Shown: one piece after another, positions 14,283-23,502 of the stretch | How positions within the stretch are numbered: position 1 is the first letter of the stretch | How the letters are laid out: every line of letters begins with the position of its first letter | Origin: a virus | DNA: 58,267 nucleotides | Strand: one strand, 5' to 3' | IMG/VR virus record: IMGVR_UViG_3300036853_000250 | Span: 1 to 58,267 of that record | The notes under the pieces: model-generated | Database searches by the model: none | What the model was told of the DNA's origin: nothing | What the model saw: the letters and a program-made list of their open reading frames with translations, nothing else | Position numbers and translations under genes: made by a program

Positions 14283-14629
14283 CCCGCTACTGCTGGTACG
14301 ACGAGACACCGCCGAAGCCGATCCGCGTCTACGTCCCCAGCGGTGAGACGGTGACGACTGCGCCGGCCGGGTTCACCGTGCGGCGCCGCGGCGACACCGA
14401 AGGGACGGTCAAGCATACGTATCGATGTCCGGTGCACGGACAGTTCGATGTTCATGTCCGGCGGTCGGACGTGCCGGATGCGGTGGCGTGCAGCCGTAGG
14501 TTATCGGACCTTGACTCGATCGTTGAGTACTCGCGCGTCGACCAGTCCGGCTCACTCTGCGGCCACACCTCCCCCTGGGCCGGCTCACTCTGCGGCATCG
14601 GCTTCGCCGCGGGGGAGGTGATGGGATGA
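14279..14629 (+). CDS. hypothetical Cys-rich protein (116 aa)
   Basis: ATG at 14279 inside ORF 14117..14629; the HTYRCPVHGQFDVHV segment resembles zinc-ribbon regulators. Confidence 0.55.
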   Translation: MTRYCWYDETPPKPIRVYVPSGETVTTAPAGFTVRRRGDTEGTVKHTYRCPVHGQFDVHVRRSDVPDAVACSRRLSDLDSIVEYSRVDQSGSLCGHTSPWAGSLCGIGFAAGEVMG

Positions 14630-14904
14630 CCCTCACCGAGCGCACGGCCAGGTTGCTCGACCGCGCCGCGCTGGCCGAGATGCCGGCAATGTACCGCAGC
14701 CTCGTCATCGCGATGGCGCGGGCCGAGGGTCTCGAGTCCGGTGAACTGCGCCGGTTGCCACCGCGCTGGTGGAACATCGGCCGCTACGAGCAGGAGTGTG
14801 CGGAGTGGGAGGCGATACAGCCGCTACATGATGCGGACGTCGTGTTCGTCGAGCCCCGCGACTCGCTCATCGAGCGCGAGCAGAGATGGGCGGTGCACGG
14901 GTGA
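14626..14904 (+). CDS. hypothetical protein (92 aa)
   Basis: ORF track; ATGA overlap. Confidence 0.55.
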   Translation: MTLTERTARLLDRAALAEMPAMYRSLVIAMARAEGLESGELRRLPPRWWNIGRYEQECAEWEAIQPLHDADVVFVEPRDSLIEREQRWAVHG

Positions 14905-15209
14905 GCCACGCCCCCGATTGCGCCCTCGTCCAGTTCGCGCATCTGGACCCGGCCACGTTGAAGACGCCGCTCATCTGCGACTGCGACCAGGACGACGGCG
15001 ATGATAGCCCGCCGACCGAGGAGGAGTGGGACGCAGCCCAGGCTCGCGCGCAACGCGGCGCCGGCCGTCGACTCGGCGTACGCGTGGAGCTCGTGGGTCC
15101 CGCTGCGGAGGCTTACCGGAGCTTCCAGGCCGCGTGCCGAGCGCTCCGCCAGGCCCAGGACGCGCACGCCAAGGCGCTGGCGGCGTTCACCGAGGTGGTC
15201 TCCGAGTGA
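14901..15209 (+). CDS. hypothetical protein (102 aa)
   Basis: ORF 14886..15209 trimmed to the GTG at 14901 (GTGA overlap). Confidence 0.5.
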   Translation: MSHAPDCALVQFAHLDPATLKTPLICDCDQDDGDDSPPTEEEWDAAQARAQRGAGRRLGVRVELVGPAAEAYRSFQAACRALRQAQDAHAKALAAFTEVVSE

Positions 15210-15649
15210 CCCCACTCCGCGTCTCCATCCGCTCGATGTCCGCCGACGAACTGCCCTACGTCCGCGCGGCGTTTGCCGAGAGCATCAAGCGCTCCTCAAA
15301 CGCCCTCGACAAGCTGCCGTGGGCCACGTTCAAGCGCGACGTCCGGCCGCGGCTCTATCATGCGCTCGACGACGCGGAGGTGCTCGTGGCCGACCTCGAC
15401 GGCAACGTCGCCGGGTGGATCGCCCTGACCCGCGGCCGGCGCGTCGACACCGTGCACTGGATGACCACGCGGATGCCGCTGCGGCGTCGATCCGTCATGC
15501 AGCAGCTCGTGGCCGCGGCGGCGCTCAAGGACCGCATCGTGTACACGCACCGGCCGCGCGCCGCAGTCGACGAGCAGGTGACGGGGTGGCTGCGACGACG
15601 CGGAGCGCAGGGCGTGGTCTATGAACCGTACGAAAGGTGGAAGCTGTGA
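15206..15649 (+). CDS. GNAT-like acetyltransferase-fold protein (147 aa), tentative
   Basis: IRSMSADELPYVRAAF... then VAGWIALTRG...VHWMTTRMPLRRRSVMQQLVAAA resembles the beta4-alpha3 acetyl-CoA motif region; GTG at 15206. Confidence 0.45.
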   Translation: MTPLRVSIRSMSADELPYVRAAFAESIKRSSNALDKLPWATFKRDVRPRLYHALDDAEVLVADLDGNVAGWIALTRGRRVDTVHWMTTRMPLRRRSVMQQLVAAAALKDRIVYTHRPRAAVDEQVTGWLRRRGAQGVVYEPYERWKL

Positions 15650-15855
15650 AGACAAAGCGTATCGAGCGACGAGTGATGAACGGCGGCGGCCCTGTGGTGC
15701 TGGCCATCGAGTGGCCGGACTTGCAAGTCGACGAGGACGGCCGGACGTTCAACAACGGTTGGACGCGTTTCTCCGTCGACGGACTGTGCGTCGGTAACGG
15801 TGAATTCGAGGCGGTGTTGCGGCTGCTCGCGATTCCGCAGGGCCCCGCGCTGTGA
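15646..15855 (+). CDS. hypothetical protein (69 aa)
   Basis: ORF 15637..15855 trimmed to the GTG at 15646. Confidence 0.45.
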   Translation: MKTKRIERRVMNGGGPVVLAIEWPDLQVDEDGRTFNNGWTRFSVDGLCVGNGEFEAVLRLLAIPQGPAL

Positions 15856-16214
15856 AGCTCATCAGCATCAAGATCGAGGCGAACCTGCCGACCTGGGGCA
15901 ACCTCAGCGTCATCACCCTCGACGCGCCCGATCACCGGCTCCGCGGCTGGAAGGTCTGCGTGCGTGGGCCCGCGGTGTTCCTCGTCAGCCCGCCCGGCTG
16001 GACCGCCACGCCGACCGGTGGCGAACGTCCGACGACCGGACCAGTGACGGTGATCGAGGTGCCGCGCATCTCGTGCGTGATGCGCTGGCAGGACGCCGAC
16101 TCGGTGGACACAGCGCAGAAGTACGACAGCCCGCCGATGTGGACGCCAGAGGAGCGCAAGGCGCAGGAACTGGCCGAGTTGGAGAAGGCGACCGCGCCGG
16201 GGGCGAAGAAGTGA
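15852..16214 (+). CDS. hypothetical protein (120 aa)
   Basis: ORF track. Confidence 0.55.
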   Translation: MKLISIKIEANLPTWGNLSVITLDAPDHRLRGWKVCVRGPAVFLVSPPGWTATPTGGERPTTGPVTVIEVPRISCVMRWQDADSVDTAQKYDSPPMWTPEERKAQELAELEKATAPGAKK

Positions 16215-16405
16215 AGCCAGGATGCGGCGCGGCGTTCGACGATCTCGGTGAAACGGGTCAGCTGAGTCAGCTGTCGGTGATCGCGGCCAACGATGGCTAC
16301 GTGTACATCACCGTCTCATCTTCGGCCGGTGCGACGCGGTTCATCGCGCGGACAGATCAGGTGCGAGCGATTGCTGACGCCATCAAAGAGGCCGCTGGCC
16401 GGTGA
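16211..16405 (+). CDS. hypothetical protein (64 aa)
   Basis: Frame of ORF 15800..16405 trimmed to the GTG at 16211. Confidence 0.45.
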   Translation: MKPGCGAAFDDLGETGQLSQLSVIAANDGYVYITVSSSAGATRFIARTDQVRAIADAIKEAAGR

Positions 16406-16824
16406 CCCGCATCTGCATCACCGGCGGGCCGCGGACGGGGAAGACGACGCTGGCGAAGCAGCTTGCCATGAAGGTGCTGCGTGCTGCCGCCGAGTCAGGG
16501 ACGGTACTTGGCACGTCGTATCTTCGTCACACCGACAACCTCATCCACCTCGGCTGGTCCGAGGCATCGGCCGCGGCGGCGGAATGGCTCGACGCCCCAG
16601 GTCCCTGGATCATCGAAGGCGTCGCGGTCAGCCGTGCGCTCCGTAAGTGGCGCGACCAGCATCCCGACGAGCCGCCACCGGTGGACCGGGTCATCTTCCT
16701 CAGCGAGCCGTACGAGCGGCTCACGCCCGGTCAGCTGGCGATGGCCAAGGGCGTGCGCACCGTGCACGACGAGATCGAAGGCTGGCTGGCGTCGCACGGC
16801 CTGCTCACGGAGTCGCGCGGCTGA
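16402..16824 (+). CDS. P-loop NTPase, kinase-like (140 aa)
   Basis: N-terminal Walker A ICITGGPRTGKTTLAKQL; small size typical of nucleoside/nucleotide kinase-like folds. Confidence 0.7.
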   Translation: MTRICITGGPRTGKTTLAKQLAMKVLRAAAESGTVLGTSYLRHTDNLIHLGWSEASAAAAEWLDAPGPWIIEGVAVSRALRKWRDQHPDEPPPVDRVIFLSEPYERLTPGQLAMAKGVRTVHDEIEGWLASHGLLTESRG

Positions 16825-16825
16825 T

Positions 16826-18637
16826 ATGCGCCTCTCTCGCGTCGGCATGGCTGCGCTCCGCGAGCTCGCCCGGCGTCGCCCGGTCGCGATCGAGCAGGAC
16901 GGACCCGACGCGCAGGAAGCCGCAGCGGCGCTGCGCCGGCTGTTCTATCCGAAGCAGGCGGCGTTCTTCTCGTCCCCGGCTCGCTGGAAGGCCACCCGCA
17001 AAACCCGGCGCATGGGGGCGACCACCGGCGGCGTGCGCGAGATGCTGGCTCGGGCGCTCGAGCAGCCCGGATTCCGCGCGACGTACGCGACGTCGACGCG
17101 GGCCGAGGCCATCTCCAGAGCGTGGCGCAACGACAACAAGACCGGGTTCGTCGACGTGCTCGCCGAGCAGGCCGAATCGGTCAAGCACCCGTCGCTCACC
17201 GCCTACAAGCTCGGCGGCGTGACGATCGAGGTGCGCGAGACGGACCTGAAACTCGAACTCTCGAACGGCTCACAGATTGAGCTGTTCGGCGCCGAGAACT
17301 TCCGCAGCCAGAAGCGCAAGCGTGGCAACTCGAAGCACGTGTTCTGGATCGACGAGGCCCAGGACTTCGTCGATTTGGAGTCGTTCTTCGACGCCGTGGT
17401 CATCGGTGTCATCAACGACTTCGAGGGCGAGGTCTGGCTGACCGGCACGCCGGGCAAGGACTGCGCTGGGATGTTCTACGACGTCACCAAGGAGCCGGAG
17501 GAAGGCGAGGAGCCGATCGTCGGCTGGGAAGTGCACCAGATCTCGGTCACCGACAATCCGTACTTCGGCCACGTCATCCAGACCGACACCGAGTACTTCG
17601 TCGAGGACAACGCTCGGCCGCCGAACCGGCATGGCCCGTACGAGACGCGCGGCGAGGCCGACCGTGCGGCCGAGCAGATCCGCTGGGACCGTACGGCCGG
17701 CGAAGCGAAGCGCCTCAAGGGCTGGAAGGGCGACGAGCCCGACTTCGTGCGCGAGTGGCTCGGGCGTTGGGTCAAGACCGACGCGCGGTACGTCTACCCG
17801 GTGCACGCCGTGCCGAAGCATGTGCTCATCTTCGCGCCGCAGCGTCTTGCGGACAACCCGTTCGTCGGTACGCACCCGCGGTTTGATGGACACCCTCGAT
17901 GGTACGACCATCATGCAGCCGTCGCCGACTTGCCTCGTCCGAGACGCGGACAGCATCAATGGCTGTACGGCCTGTGGGTTGACTTCGGCTATTCGCCGGA
18001 CCCGTTCGCGCTCGTCTTCGGTGCGTTCACGCCGGACCTGCCCGACGTCTACGAGATGTTCAGCTGGAAGTGCACGCGCGTCCACACGGACGACCAGGCC
18101 GGTTACATGCAGCTGCTGTGGGGCGTGAGCAACGCCATCGTGTCGTTCGTCGGTGACCCGGCCGGCAAGCAAGACGACTTCGATGTGTGGCGCTCGCGGA
18201 TGAACCTGCCGATCGAGGAAGCGAACAAGAAAGGCAAAAACACCCTCGAGGAGTTCCTGGCCGACGACATCCGTCGTGGTCGCGTGCATTTCCGCGAGGG
18301 CTCACCGCTCGTCACCGAGATGCGGCATCTGGTCTACCTGCCCAGCAAGCCCGGCAAGACGCGCGAGGTGCACAAGCATCGCAAGGTGAACGGCATCGTG
18401 CACGGCGATCACTGCTGCGACGCCGCGAGGTACGGCTACGCCGACCTCACCCACTACCTCGCGAAGCTCCCCAAGGACAAGCCGCAGCCCGGATCGCGCG
18501 AAGCGTTCGCGCTCGAGGCCGAAGAGATGGAGCGCGGCGTCGAGACCGCGGAGCAGAAGCGCGCCGCAGAGCTGATGGAGCGGGACGAGCAGATGCGCGA
18601 GTACGGCGACGGAAACGGAGAATACGGATGGCAATGA
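16826..18637 (+). CDS. terL: Terminase large subunit
   Basis: 603 aa. ATPase motifs are TRRMGATTG and VFWIDEAQDF. C-terminal nuclease-like segments are DFGYSPDPFALV, GDPAGKQ and HGDHCCDAARYGY. It precedes the portal region. Confidence 0.85.
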   Translation: MRLSRVGMAALRELARRRPVAIEQDGPDAQEAAAALRRLFYPKQAAFFSSPARWKATRKTRRMGATTGGVREMLARALEQPGFRATYATSTRAEAISRAWRNDNKTGFVDVLAEQAESVKHPSLTAYKLGGVTIEVRETDLKLELSNGSQIELFGAENFRSQKRKRGNSKHVFWIDEAQDFVDLESFFDAVVIGVINDFEGEVWLTGTPGKDCAGMFYDVTKEPEEGEEPIVGWEVHQISVTDNPYFGHVIQTDTEYFVEDNARPPNRHGPYETRGEADRAAEQIRWDRTAGEAKRLKGWKGDEPDFVREWLGRWVKTDARYVYPVHAVPKHVLIFAPQRLADNPFVGTHPRFDGHPRWYDHHAAVADLPRPRRGQHQWLYGLWVDFGYSPDPFALVFGAFTPDLPDVYEMFSWKCTRVHTDDQAGYMQLLWGVSNAIVSFVGDPAGKQDDFDVWRSRMNLPIEEANKKGKNTLEEFLADDIRRGRVHFREGSPLVTEMRHLVYLPSKPGKTREVHKHRKVNGIVHGDHCCDAARYGYADLTHYLAKLPKDKPQPGSREAFALEAEEMERGVETAEQKRAAELMERDEQMREYGDGNGEYGWQ

Positions 18638-18864
18638 AGATGACGCTGCACCCTGATCCCGGAACCGGTCACAGCTGGCGATTGACGCTCGAGGTCGGTG
18701 ATGTCGAGTTCAGCGCGGATATCGAGGAGCGCCTCGGTCGCATTGGGAGAGACGAGATCATCGGTGCCAAGGCCCGCGCGTTGGTGCAGGCCGAGCGAAT
18801 CGCCGACGCCCTGGACTTGCGGCGCTCGTTCAGCGACGGGTCATGTGTTTGGGTGCGGCCATGA
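18628..18864 (+). CDS. hypothetical protein (78 aa)
   Basis: Frame of ORF 18187..18864 trimmed to the ATG at 18628. Confidence 0.5.
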   Translation: MAMKMTLHPDPGTGHSWRLTLEVGDVEFSADIEERLGRIGRDEIIGAKARALVQAERIADALDLRRSFSDGSCVWVRP

Positions 18865-19127
18865 CCGCCATACCCACCGGCCTCGACGTCGATACCGACA
18901 TCGACGGCAACGACATCAACCCGCCGCCAGCCACGACCGACGTCGGGCAGCTCATCTACCTGCTCGAGTGGGCGCGCAAGCGCGGGTTCCGCGTCGGCCC
19001 GACGGTGCGCTGCGGTTCGTTGGTGCTTCAGGTCCAGGACCTGCGCCAGACCGAGGGACGCGATACGCCAGCGGCGGATGACCCTGGGCCGTGGGCCGCG
19101 GCGGGGCACGACCTGGGGGATGCGTGA
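18861..19127 (+). CDS. hypothetical protein (88 aa)
   Basis: ORF 18843..19127 trimmed to the ATG at 18861. Confidence 0.5.
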   Translation: MTAIPTGLDVDTDIDGNDINPPPATTDVGQLIYLLEWARKRGFRVGPTVRCGSLVLQVQDLRQTEGRDTPAADDPGPWAAAGHDLGDA

Positions 19128-19468
19128 TGGCGGAGCGGTGCCCGTACCCTTGCTGCACGCCACCGGTCGAGCGCTACCTCCGCGCGACCATCGCCATCCC
19201 CGGCGGCTCGATCGAGGCGGGCATGCAGCGCGCCCGCGGCGAGCCGCTGACGTTGCTGCGCTCGGAACTCCAGCGGATCATCGGCGACGAGGCTCTCATC
19301 CTCAACGGCTCGGACGTCGACGACGAGATTGCCGGTAGACTCATCGACGCCATCGAGGAGCGCATCGCCGAGACGTGGCCGACGCGAGCATGGTTCGTGG
19401 AGATCTGGGACGCCGAGTCAGCGCTGTCTCAGGTCTACGCGCCGTACGGGATGCCGCGTGTCCGCTGA
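19127..19468 (+). CDS. hypothetical protein (113 aa)
   Basis: ORF 19091..19468 trimmed to the ATG at 19127, which overlaps the upstream stop. Confidence 0.55.
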   Translation: MAERCPYPCCTPPVERYLRATIAIPGGSIEAGMQRARGEPLTLLRSELQRIIGDEALILNGSDVDDEIAGRLIDAIEERIAETWPTRAWFVEIWDAESALSQVYAPYGMPRVR

Positions 19469-19955
19469 CCAGTGGCGCGCGGCGCTCGCCGATGTCGTGC
19501 TCCGGCACCCGAACGGCCGCTCGGCGCCCGTGGTACGCGTGATCGATGGCGATCCACCGTCGCTCTACGTCGGTCTCGATTGCACGTGGTGCACCGGCGA
19601 CGGCCACGAGATGACCGACTTCGCCATCTCGACGGTCCGGCTCACGTACTTCCCGGGCGTGCAGCTCGCGCGGATGTGGCTGGCGGCGGCGTGGGTCGGT
19701 TTCCTGCAGCACGAAGCGCTCGAGCTCGCGACGGTCGACGGCGTTGCGGTCCTGAATCCGCACGACGAGCCGTACGTCTCGAATCCCGTCAACCGCGGAC
19801 TGCGCAACGGCTTCCCGGTGGAGTTGACCTACGAGAGCACGGTCGCAGCTCTCGAGCTGATCATGGCGCGCAGCGAAGCCGAGCGGATGATGCGTGACCT
19901 GTGGGAGGTCCGCGGCTGGCCATACGAATCGCAATTCGCTTGCAACTGCAAGTGA
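19458..19955 (+). CDS. hypothetical protein (165 aa)
   Basis: ORF 19329..19955 trimmed to the GTG at 19458. Confidence 0.55.
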   Translation: MSADQWRAALADVVLRHPNGRSAPVVRVIDGDPPSLYVGLDCTWCTGDGHEMTDFAISTVRLTYFPGVQLARMWLAAAWVGFLQHEALELATVDGVAVLNPHDEPYVSNPVNRGLRNGFPVELTYESTVAALELIMARSEAERMMRDLWEVRGWPYESQFACNCK

Positions 19956-20007
19956 TCTGTGTATCCTTGCAGCTGAACTCGGCCCACAGGCAAAGGGGCC
20001 TCACCCC

Positions 20008-21960
20008 ATGCCTGTCTCCACGTACACCAGCACGGACCGCCGAGACGAACACTGGTTCCGTCTCAAGGTCGGCGCGCCGGTGCACGACAAGCTGGTCGCC
20101 TACGGCAAGGCGCTCCTCCGGCGTGAGGAGTCGTTCCATTCGAAGAACCTCGCGCGCGAGCGCATCTACCGCGGCGTCGACCTGCTCAACCAGAAGGCCG
20201 CGCTGGCGGTGCTCGAGCGTGGTGGACGGTCGTTCGCGCGGTTGAACTTCACCAAGGCGATCTGCGACACGTTCAGCAGCCGGCTCTCGAAGGATCGGCC
20301 GATGCCGGGCGTCGTCCCCGACGGCGACTGGTACGCGAAGCGCCAGGCCGAGAAGTTCCGCGAGTTCGTCGTCGGGCAGATGCTGGACAGTGAGTTCGAC
20401 GATCTCAGCCGGCGCGCGCTGCACGACGGCACCCGGCTCGGATCGGGGCTCACGCGCATCGACGACCAGGACGACGGCATCTTCGCCGAGCGCATTCCGC
20501 TCAACGATCTGCTGTTCGACCGCCGCGAGTGCAAGTACGGCAAGCCACGCCAGGCGATCCGCATCCAGCGCATTGCCCGCGATCACCTCGCCGAGCTGTT
20601 CCCGAATTCCAAGGACGCCATCGAGGCCGCGCCGCCGTCGCTGCGCCGCAAGGACGACACCGACGTCGACAGCGACAGCCGCGGACTCGGCGACCTCGAC
20701 GACTACGTAGACACGTGGGAGGCGTGGCACCCGCCGACGCTGCGCGATTCCGATGACGGCCGTCACGTGTTGTGTATCGACGGCACCGCCGACGCGTGCA
20801 CGCTGGTCGCCGAGCAGTGGCACGAGCCGCGGTTCCCGTGGTCGATGTTCCAGCTGACCGACCCTGACTGGGGCATCTACGCCGAGGGCTTCGTCGATCA
20901 GCTGGTCGACCTCCAGCACGAGGTCAACAAGATCGTCCGCAACATCCAGTTGAACCTCGCGGCGACGGGCCGCGGCTTCTTCATGGTGAACGCCGCGAAC
21001 GACATCCCCGTCGAGATGCTCACCGGCTTCCAGCCGTTCAAGCTCAAGTACAACGGCTCCACGCCGCCCCAGTGGGTCGCGCCTCAAGCGTACAACCCGG
21101 CGCAGATGTCGGCGCTCGACCGCTTCATCCAGGCGGCCTACGACCTCACCGGCGTGAGCAAGGCGAACGCTGAGTCGCGGTCTGCGCTCGGTGCCGGCGC
21201 CAGCGGCGTCGCGCTCGACACGCAGTACGACATCGACAGCGACCGGTTCCGGATGCCGCAAGCGAACTACGCGCGGTACAGGCTCGTCGGCGCGCAGTGT
21301 TACATCGACGCGTCGGCGCGCGTCGCTCGTCGTCGCGCGGAAGGCAAGGGCGCCAAACGCAACTGGGTTGCAACGACGTGGAAGGGCCGCGACGCCATCC
21401 AGCAGCTCGACTACTCGAAGGTCGCGCTCGAGGAGGGTTCGTACCGGCTGCGCATCGAGCCGATCGGCTTCATCCCGGACACCCGCGCCGGCAAGATCGC
21501 CGTCGTCGAGCAGCTGGCCAAGGCCGGCGTCATCCCTCAGTGGCTCGTGCCGATGTTGTTCGACGAGCCGGACTTGCAGGAGATGAATCGAATCCTGCTC
21601 GCGCCGATCAAGAACTGCTTGCGCAAGATGGACGTGATCTCCGACGAGGACGAGCCGTTGCCGCAGCCCGAGCAGTACAACGACCTCGATGTCGAGCTGA
21701 AGATCGCGACGGCCTACTACAACTGGATCCAGTGCGAGAAGGCACCTCCGGCTGTCGAGGAGCGCTATCGCCAGTACGTTGACCTCGTCGTCGACGCGCT
21801 GAAGAAGAAGAACCCGCCGCCGATGCCGATGCCGGCCGCTGGCATGGCCCCGGCTGAGCAGCCACTCCCTGGTGGCGTGCCGCTGATGCCGCAAGGGCCG
21901 GTTCCACCGCCGATGCCGATCGGCGCACCGCCTCAACCTCCGATGCAGATGGCAGCATGA
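20008..21960 (+). CDS. Portal protein (650 aa) with Pro/Met-rich C-terminal tail
   Basis: Size and position: after TerL and before scaffold and capsid. ATG at 20008 inside ORF 19894..21960. Confidence 0.75.
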   Translation: MPVSTYTSTDRRDEHWFRLKVGAPVHDKLVAYGKALLRREESFHSKNLARERIYRGVDLLNQKAALAVLERGGRSFARLNFTKAICDTFSSRLSKDRPMPGVVPDGDWYAKRQAEKFREFVVGQMLDSEFDDLSRRALHDGTRLGSGLTRIDDQDDGIFAERIPLNDLLFDRRECKYGKPRQAIRIQRIARDHLAELFPNSKDAIEAAPPSLRRKDDTDVDSDSRGLGDLDDYVDTWEAWHPPTLRDSDDGRHVLCIDGTADACTLVAEQWHEPRFPWSMFQLTDPDWGIYAEGFVDQLVDLQHEVNKIVRNIQLNLAATGRGFFMVNAANDIPVEMLTGFQPFKLKYNGSTPPQWVAPQAYNPAQMSALDRFIQAAYDLTGVSKANAESRSALGAGASGVALDTQYDIDSDRFRMPQANYARYRLVGAQCYIDASARVARRRAEGKGAKRNWVATTWKGRDAIQQLDYSKVALEEGSYRLRIEPIGFIPDTRAGKIAVVEQLAKAGVIPQWLVPMLFDEPDLQEMNRILLAPIKNCLRKMDVISDEDEPLPQPEQYNDLDVELKIATAYYNWIQCEKAPPAVEERYRQYVDLVVDALKKKNPPPMPMPAAGMAPAEQPLPGGVPLMPQGPVPPPMPIGAPPQPPMQMAA

Positions 21961-22223
21961 AACTCATCGACGACATCAACACGATCATCGTCCAGCGCGA
22001 CGAGTCCCGCGCCATCCGTCCGCTCTGGGTCAAGGTCAACTGGAACTGTCGCGCCGAAGACGTCGACGGCGCGCGCAACCTCGCGCCGGGGCCGATGCAG
22101 TTGGCGCTCGCGGCGGAAGACACCGACTGGGGCGAGGCCGACTCGCTGGCGAACATCCCGCGGGTCGCGCAGCCGGCGTGGATGCGCGCGGTACTGACGA
22201 CCGAGCCGGAGGGTGACGAGTGA
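21957..22223 (+). CDS. hypothetical head-module protein (88 aa)
   Basis: ORF track; ATGA overlap with the portal gene. Confidence 0.5.
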   Translation: MKLIDDINTIIVQRDESRAIRPLWVKVNWNCRAEDVDGARNLAPGPMQLALAAEDTDWGEADSLANIPRVAQPAWMRAVLTTEPEGDE

Positions 22224-23458
22224 CCGAAGGCGTTACCACCGAAGACGAGGTTGCACCGCTCGGCTCCGGCGCGCGCGGCCGTGATTCCGGCCCGCGCACC
22301 GCGCGCGGCTCGATCGTCGAGGACATGGTTGTCGGTGGTCTGACCGCCAAGCCGGCCGGCGGCGCTCGCGGAGAAGCCGAGGACGTCACGGTAAACAGCC
22401 GCGGCGGTGGCCGCGTGCTCAGCGAGACCGCCCAGAAGCTGCTCGCCAAGCTCGACGATTCGCCGCCGGTCGCGCCCGCAGAGACGCCTCCGGCGGCAGC
22501 CGCGGCGCCCGCGCCAGCCACGCCAGCGTCCGAGACTCCGGCCACGCCTACACCCGCCGACCCGGCCGCCGAGTACATCGCCCGCGCCGACCGACTCGCC
22601 CAGCACAACGCCAAGCTGCTGGCCGAACTCGAGAGCGTCCGGGCCCGGTCCGCCCGCGGCGAGCCCAGCGCGCGCGACAAGGCGCTGGACGAGGCCGAGC
22701 GTGGCTACCTCGAGTCGCCCATTGCGTCGATCCGACGGCTCATCGCCACGGCGATCGGCGTCGACGACCCGAAGCATGAAGCGGTCGACGCCGAGATGAA
22801 GGGCCTGTATCAGGACCTCACCGAGCAGGAGCTCGGCGTCTCGCTCGACGACGCCCGCAAAGCCCAGCGCGAGGCGCTGCGGACCCGCAAGCTGATGGAG
22901 CGCGATCGGCGCGAGCGCGCGGCGGAGACCGCCAAGCCACCGGAGCCGACCGAGGCGCCGGAGGCGAAGCAGACCGCCGAGATGGCGGCGAAGATCGCCC
23001 CGCTGCTCGCCGCCGGCAAGCACGCCGAGCGCTACCCGCTCCTGATGGCCCTCGCCCCGGACTTCGACGGCCGCAAGCCCGAGGAGCTGCTGTGGCACGG
23101 CATCCGGCGCGGCATCCAGCTCGGCGAGCTCGACCCGAACACCCCTGACGACAAGCTGATCGACGAGGTCAGCAAGAAGATCGAGACCCACTACCAAGCC
23201 CTTGCCGACAAGATCGTCAAGGCTCGTACCCCTGTTACCAGCACCGCACCGCCAACTCAAGCAAGCGACTCGAGCGGCAGCAAAGTGGACCTACCCAGCA
23301 ACGGGGTCCGGACGATCACGAACGCGAGCGCGAGTGTCGCCCCGGCGACACCTCCGGCAGCCAAGCCAGCACCGACCAGCGACACACCACCGAAGTACCG
23401 AAACGAAAAGGAGCGTCGCCTGGCGATCGCTCGACGGCTACTCGACGGCGCGACCTGA
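22220..23458 (+). CDS. Scaffolding protein candidate (412 aa)
   Basis: Highly charged Ala/Glu/Lys/Pro-rich helical protein immediately upstream of the capsid gene. Confidence 0.6.
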   Translation: MTEGVTTEDEVAPLGSGARGRDSGPRTARGSIVEDMVVGGLTAKPAGGARGEAEDVTVNSRGGGRVLSETAQKLLAKLDDSPPVAPAETPPAAAAAPAPATPASETPATPTPADPAAEYIARADRLAQHNAKLLAELESVRARSARGEPSARDKALDEAERGYLESPIASIRRLIATAIGVDDPKHEAVDAEMKGLYQDLTEQELGVSLDDARKAQREALRTRKLMERDRRERAAETAKPPEPTEAPEAKQTAEMAAKIAPLLAAGKHAERYPLLMALAPDFDGRKPEELLWHGIRRGIQLGELDPNTPDDKLIDEVSKKIETHYQALADKIVKARTPVTSTAPPTQASDSSGSKVDLPSNGVRTITNASASVAPATPPAAKPAPTSDTPPKYRNEKERRLAIARRLLDGAT

Positions 23459-23475
23459 CCGGCTTCTGACTCGCG

Positions 23476-23496
23476 GTGCTCCTCACCAAGGAGCAC
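23476..23496 (+). promoter_or_regulatory. Perfect 8-bp hairpin GTGCTCCT-CACCA-AGGAGCAC that pairs the capsid-gene Shine-Dalgarno
   Basis: Read directly; the 3-prime arm contains the AGGAG located 9 nt before the GTG at 23503. Confidence 0.45.
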
Positions 23497-23502
23497 ACCA
23501 AC

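Noticed and set aside
19861-21936. Very long antisense ORFs: 19861..21936 minus (691 aa), 39215..41194 minus (659 aa), 21608..23260 minus (550 aa), 11171..12691 minus (506 aa), 2417..3391 plus (324 aa) and many others
   Set aside because: Their translations are Arg/Pro/Gly/Ala-rich low-complexity strings with no motifs. They lie opposite ORFs with clear domains (portal, virion protein, scaffold, helicase). They are the usual shadow frames of a GC-rich genome.
21780-21957. Pro/Met-rich repetitive tail of the portal protein (PPPMPMPAAGMAP...PPPMPIGAPPQPPMQM) as a DNA repeat element
   Set aside because: It is a low-complexity coding sequence in frame with the portal gene. There is no exact nucleotide repeat unit.
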